Source: Oculina patagonica (Eukaryota). Taken from it: a DNA stretch of 64,000 nucleotides. Under the pieces are notes generated by a model. The model was not told the origin of the DNA and searched no databases. It was given only the letters and a program-made list of their open reading frames with translations. Shown here piece after piece: positions 59,501 through 64,000 of this stretch (positions are counted from its first letter, which is position 1; each line of letters starts with the position of its first letter). The position numbers and the translations under genes were made by a program. The stretch is from positions 49,166,001-49,230,000 of the forward strand of contig NC_135761.1 of NCBI RefSeq assembly GCF_052425735.1, given 5' to 3'.

Positions 59501-62500
59501 CACTGAAATTAGAAATTAGAAATTCTGATTAACATTGCACAGGGTTTTCAAAATAAAAAAAATAAAGGGTCTTGAAATAACTGAGGAGAATATGCTGCCT
59601 TTGCAATAACATCTGCAAATGGTTAGATATTCTAGTCTTCTTGGATAAGGACGATAAACCGTAGGCCCCGTCTCCTGCATCTTCAGTGTTATGGTCAGCA
59701 GGGGACGTTAAAAGAACCCACACGCTTATCGTAAAGAGTAGGGCATGGAGTTCCCGGTGTTGTGGTCTGGTCTTTGCCCGTTGTATTGTGCTTACTGTGA
59801 AATGCTCAGAGATATTAGCTGTATAAGCTACTCTTCAAATCCGAGGGTAAACAAAGTGATGATGATGATGAGTGATGATGACAACAAGCCCGCAACTGCC
59901 AGAGCTCTGCCGGCTACTTGATTACATGACACTGGTTAATCAGCTCGGACAAACAAGCTCAGTGTTGTCACAGCCGCCTAGTTGTTGACACCTACTTCAA
60001 AACATTTTGAAACCTCTGATTGCATGACAGAAGCCACATCAACTGCCAAATCTTGCGCATAATTTATGCTTATTTCATGCGGGTTCACACTTGTGAAATA
60101 AGCATAACATGAGTGAAAGCACAAGCATGCAAACGCAAGCACAAGGGAAAGGAACATGTTTTTATCTTGTGCTTATGCTTGTGCTTATTCTGTAGCTGTA
60201 CCTCAGACTTGTGTTTTCTTGTGCGCTTGTGCTTATAATCTTATTTTTGAAACATTTAACAAGGTTTATGAATAATTGTATGTTTTGTTTATATGTTTAC
60301 ATAATGTTTTTTGTTGTTGTTGTTGTTGTTCAGGTTCACGTCATTCATCTCAATCTGGTTCAGTCAGTGCTAAACCTTATGGATTAGCGAGTCAGTCACT
60401 ACCACGCAGTACATCTTCAACACCCAGGGGAACTCCATCGTCATCATCAACCACCATGCCGCGAACATCAAGTGCATCTGGACGGCAAAGCAGTAAGTTA
60501 TACATGCACTGTTCATTGTGTAAATGGCATTTTTATAATGCTTCTCAACAACTTAAATTTATAATCCTGAGTTGTGATGAATTCCTCACTGGAAAAAAAA
60601 ACTTAGGGCAGGTCAATGGCCTAATCATCTCAGAAAGAAACATGTCCTGTTAGAAAGGCAAATTCTCCCAAGGCAAGTAGTAGAAGGTGTGTACATGTAA
60701 AATTGCTATTGAGAATTTTGAATCTGATCCTGAAAAGGTTTAAAATGTACAAAAGCCATGCATAAATATTACTCAAAAGCTAAAAAAGACTCTCCCTCTT
60801 TATCTTCCTTTAAAATTTGGCTTACTGGCAGGGAAGATAAGTTATAGAGAAAGAGAGATTGAGGGGGGGGGGGGGTCTTCTAACATGTTTTACATGTATA
60901 TGGCTGACCTATTGTTGGTAAGCATAAGAAATTTGTGTGTTGTGGTTTGCACTGTGTTGCTGTTGCTTTGGACATCACTGGGCAAATAAACCTTTTTCAA
61001 AATTCTTGTAAGGAATTACAATTATATTTCATATCCTGTCCTAACTTTTAAGCTACATGTACATAGAATGATGCATTTTAATTTCCATTTTGTAATAAAA
61101 TTAATAGAAGTTAATTTGAGAAATTTGAAAGTATCAAATGTGGCTAAAATATTGTAATGTAAATTGAATCACATTGTGCAAAGTATAAGAATTTCATTAT
61201 TTATCAAGAGTTTGCTCACAGTAGGTATTTAAAACAATAATTTAATTATACAGCTAAAGTAATGTCTTTCAAAATGAATATTTATAACTTCATCTCTCAC
61301 TTTTCTAATGGTGGATGTTCTTTATACAAGGAAAACATTCTACATTGTACCGTCTGAAATGTTTTTGTAAAGCACCCATTTAGTTCTTCCTTTGAAAATG
61401 TGGTCTGAATTAGGTTCAAATGCAATTAAAACCATTAACATTAAAACCCTAAGCTGCTTGTTGTTGAAAAGCGAGATGAAATGATAATTTAAAAAGCTCG
61501 AAGACGTTTTGTTTCTTTTGACTTTTGTTTCCATTATTGTCCTATATCAAGGCAGGTGTGCCGTTGAATTAAAGGTGTTTATTTTTTGATCTCATCCGTG
61601 GCTTTTGTTTAATAATTAATCACACTAGAAAATTGTGTTAGAATTTGAATTTAAACTGAAATGGATTTTTGGAATGCCCAGTCACTTTTTATGAGGTTTT
61701 TTCCCTTGGTTGTTCCAGATGATAAACCAAAAGGTATTTTTGTATCGACAATTCAATGTTTTTCTCAGGAATGATCCTATAGGAGTTAGGTTTACACTGT
61801 TCGTTGTCAAGATTTTGCCACCTTCTGACAGCAATTTTGAGTATGCTGATTGATACTACCTTGTTGGTTTTTGTGATCTAGCTATTCAGTTTAAATTTAC
61901 ACTTCAAACATGTTCTTTTCTCTTTAATCAACACCAAATACAATTACATGAATCCAAAGTGGTTTTACAATGTATTGTTACATTGTAAGTTTGGTTTTTG
62001 CAGTTTACCTTTTGTAGAAATTCAACATTGACTTTGCCTCTTGTAAATGTTTCAATTGTGTTTTTTTATTCGCTTTTGATTTTCTCTTACCATTATACGC
62101 TGTACATGTACATGTATACATATACATTTTCATTTTATCGTCACAAAAAGCATTAGAATGTAAAAATAATACAGAATTGTTTTATATTTAGAACTATAAT
62201 TATTTTTCATGCCAGTTTTTTGTGCTTTAAAATTTGTCTGACAAATTAAATGGAAATCTCTTTCACTAATTGAATTTTAAAGCTAACACTGACAGGTGCT
62301 AAGTGACTTTCTATTGTTTTGAAAAGCGAGAATAAAAAAACTCAGTAGTGTAACAGTTCCCGTAAGCTTGTATTTCTACTTGTCCTCTAGTCTAGCTGTT
62401 ACTATTGTTTATGGACCTAGGGGCATTGTTCCTAACAGTTCTTTTAAAGGGTAATGCAAGGCTGCAAATAATTTTTTTCACTTGAAAGGACATATGTCCT

Positions 62501-63844
62501 GCTAAGACACCATCTTGGTCAGACAGACAAAACAAAATTGCACGGTCAGACAGATTTTTATTCATCGTTGCCGTAAAATAATTTACGATCCAAAAATTGT
62601 CCGAACGTAATGTCAGTCAACACTTGGGATCTCGTCGGACATTAGCAAATTTTGCTTGGCCAATGTCCGATAACCAACTGTTATTTGCAGCCCTGGTAAT
62701 GAGCCATTAATGCGATATCTTGCGAGAGCTGCTGCCTGCCCAAAAAACTTATTGTTAATTGTGTCCACTTTACTTCTACATATAGTAAACTTTTTGCCCA
62801 AGAGTTGATCAGATGAATTTTATTTTACAGCCACATACAATCTTAGTATAAAAGTGGGTGACGTCAAAGGCTCTGGGACTGATGGCAATGTTTACATCCA
62901 GTTGTTTGGTGAGCGAGGCAATACAGCAAAGATACAGCTTAGGCAAGCAGGGGATACAAGAAACAAGTTTGAGAAAGGGAGGACTTACAAGTTCACTGTA
63001 GATACTGTGGACATTGGAAAGGTACAATCCATAGGGTGAACATCTTTCTTTTATTATTTAAGGGAGTTTTTAATGCTGATGAGACTACAGTATGTTTTAC
63101 ATAAGAGCAACCTTCTTGGGTCATACAAAATTTTATCATTTCCAGAATTACCAAATAAATTTTAGGATATTCATGAACATTGATTTACAAGAGTTTTCAC
63201 TACAGAGTTAATTTCGATTTTGCTGTCTATGTTGTGTTCAATTTTATCCTTGGTACAATTTGGTAATTGTATCATATATATGTATTACATGTACCTTACG
63301 CAAGAACAAAGGAAAATGCTTAATTGTACCAAGGATAAAATAGAACCACGACATCTTCAAATTCCAGGCATGAAACTGGCAACGAATTTGCGGTCATGCT
63401 GCCAAAGATGTAATTCAGATTGATTATAAGTATTGTTTACATAACAAAATGTAGTGGATTCAAAGTATTTGTGTTGTCGAAAGTTCAGCGAAGAAAGAAA
63501 ATAGACTTTTGGTAGACAAATGCAGTACTGAAGCATCAAAATGTGCATGTTTTGCAAACCAATAAATAGTTCCCCGCTTTAAATATACCATAATCTGGCT
63601 TGTTATTTGCATTAATTTATAAATCTAAGATTTCTTGTTGTGGCATTATTTTTGTGACAGGTTGACAGAATTAAGCTCAGTCATGACCATACAGGTTATG
63701 GCTCAGGCTTCTTTGTGGAAGAAGTTGAGGTTGAGGTTCCAGCACGGCAGGACAGAGTGAAATTTCCTTGTCGATGCTGGCTAGCACAGGATGTCGACGA
63801 TGGTAAAATTGAGAGGGAGATGTTTGCAGTTACACCTTTACCAA
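41572..63844 (+). CDS. CTNND2: p120/delta-catenin family (CTNND2/ARVCF/PKP4-like) N-terminus followed in frame by a PLAT/LH2 domain; 3'-partial
   Basis: Exons 41572-41643, 41898-41969, 42129-42172, 49846-49965, 55906-55941, 58190-58308, 58998-59366, 60334-60492, (61719-61733), 62831-63021, 63661-63844; all phases compatible. [49 protein letters not shown]...ALVDSCLKVLQERG matches delta-catenin [47 protein letters not shown]...LVDSCIRSLQESG. TVKKVVTRTEVR resembles p120 TVKKVVKTVTTR. The armadillo repeats are not in the window. Confidence 0.8.
44231..44949. mobile_element. Non-autonomous DNA element nested in a polyG-type element
   Basis: TIR GGCCCTGTTAGGGG / CCCCTAACAGGGCC; CATATGA repeated near both ends. 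Confidence 0.55.
45696..46952 (+). CDS. Harbinger DDE transposase (HARBI1-like), 418 aa
   Basis: Motifs FRVAKETF, IALWRLGTG, GAIDGSH, GWPGSIHDARVL, GDSAYPL, RVIVERAFGKLKCRWRCL, ACCILHNIC; ORF intact. Confidence 0.95.
   Translation: MDPERVIASIAALLFLIIALRKVQRFRFLALYFHGERKQRNLANSLLATRLTARLRERRQRRALARRARAAWAYPRPQGWFEEMYGNPVLSTLWKNDFRVAKETFDYICQLVGPEMERQNTRLRAAIPLPKRVGIALWRLGTGNSYRTTGITFGQGKSTVIKIVENFMEALISHKNEFIQFPEDIRDVTQAIRKMEDIAGFPSTVGAIDGSHVSIKAPHVNHEDYFNRKQNYSINLQGVVDADGKFIDVSTGWPGSIHDARVLRLSSLYRLAENNSILTEPVRRINGVSVRPLLIGDSAYPLLPWLVGPYPHSRQLNRDQSKYNKVLNKTRVIVERAFGKLKCRWRCLLKPLEENTSKVPRTILACCILHNICILRGDELDDNDYSSDDDDDDDDGNAPVAVGQGRIVRQALTAFLSA
47614..48972 (-). CDS. Harbinger ORF2 Myb/SANT (trihelix-like) DNA-binding protein, about 398 aa, 2 exons
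   Basis: RWTDGEVKLLIAIY...WDKIAARL...KSAKNCRDKINNLNKKYK...FPEFDELDQLWG, plus a C-terminal coiled coil. Exon 1 at 48972-48944 (ATG TCT GAC...TCA AG|gtaag) and exon 2 at 48781-47614 (tttcag|A) are both phase 2, giving 1197 nt in frame. Confidence 0.88.
51128..51853 (+). repeat. Two-copy direct tandem duplication (unit about 350-380 bp)
   Basis: The block aacaaagcaacatac...ggaaagatttttgaa...caaaactccctggagagcata...ttcatgaat.gaattaaaataattatgag occurs twice head-to-tail. Confidence 0.85.
52862..53590 (-). mobile_element. Interspersed repeat with internal inverted repeat and terminal hairpin (unclassified; Crypton- or Helentron/HINE-like)
   Basis: TTAGTATAATTT.CAGAGGTGAAT at 52935 is inverted at about 53563-53588; adjacent AACAATTATTCGCC...GGCGAATAATTGTT hairpin. 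Confidence 0.55.
53925..54410 (+). repeat. Minisatellite, unit about 120 bp, about 4 copies
   Basis: Recurring aaatctgtggatgaaaccct..gtgtgacc..aaaactattgatg..acatgtacattttatgca.tatgctgtac. Confidence 0.8.
59635..59882 (+). mobile_element. 5'-truncated SINE with a Deu/Nin-type central domain and (GAT)n tail
   Basis: GGATAAGGACGATAAACCG..GGACGTTAAAAGAACCCAC..CGTAAAGAGTAGGG..CCCGGTGT resembles the DeuSINE/Nin domain from memory; gatgatgatg tail. Confidence 0.55.
62457..62695. mobile_element. hAT-like MITE with 6-bp TSD
   Basis: TIR CAAGGCTGCAAATAA / TTATTTGCAGCCCTG; GTAATG on both flanks. Confidence 0.7.
62831..63844 (+). CDS. PLAT/LH2 domain (LOXHD1-type) encoded by two exons, 62831-63021 and 63661-63844
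   Basis: TYNLSIKVGDVKGSGTDGNVYIQLFGERG...NKFEKGRTYKF...DIGKVDRIKLSHDHTGYGSGFFVEEVEV...FPCRCWLAQDVDDGKIERE carries the standard PLAT signatures: GTDxNV, FExG, DxG, HDxxG, FPCxxWL, DGxxxR. Confidence 0.92.
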
Positions 63845-64000
63845 GTAGGTCATATGAGTACACAGTGTTTTTCATGTAAATCTATTGCATTTAATATTGC
63901 ATTTATAGTAAGTTTTCGTTAAAGCTATAATGTGAAGCTCCAGAAAATATCCACACCCATCCCATGGACGGTCATTGGAAATACCAAGGGGGTGGGGGGT

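Overview
Eukaryotic, AT-rich, intron-rich genomic DNA. The repeat families and gene content suggest a marine invertebrate, probably an anthozoan or stony coral (inference). Three spliced plus-strand host genes can be built by hand with consistent GT-AG phases. (1) The last 12 coding exons of DNAAF3/PF22 (1385-10456). (2) An FSIP2-like gene (11956-27696, about 2530 aa) with a 6.0-kb exon encoding an array of AKAP-like amphipathic helices, many RRxS motifs and about 28 11-aa S-P-R repeats. Its 3' 9 kb appears a second time (28758-37956) across a 500-N gap, about 6% divergent at the protein level. (3) A p120/delta-catenin-family N-terminus (from 41572) whose exons continue in frame into a PLAT/LH2 domain and run off the window. 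An apparently intact 3.9-kb autonomous PIF/Harbinger transposon (transposase plus spliced Myb/SANT gene, TIRs, AAT TSD) sits in a catenin intron. Introns contain many MITEs, SINEs, foldback elements and tandem repeats. The best candidates for undescribed biology are the delta-catenin/PLAT fusion and the multivalent AKAP-like FSIP2 scaffold with two highly divergent versions of its giant exon. All exon models and difference counts were made by eye and need confirmation by alignment and RNA-seq.
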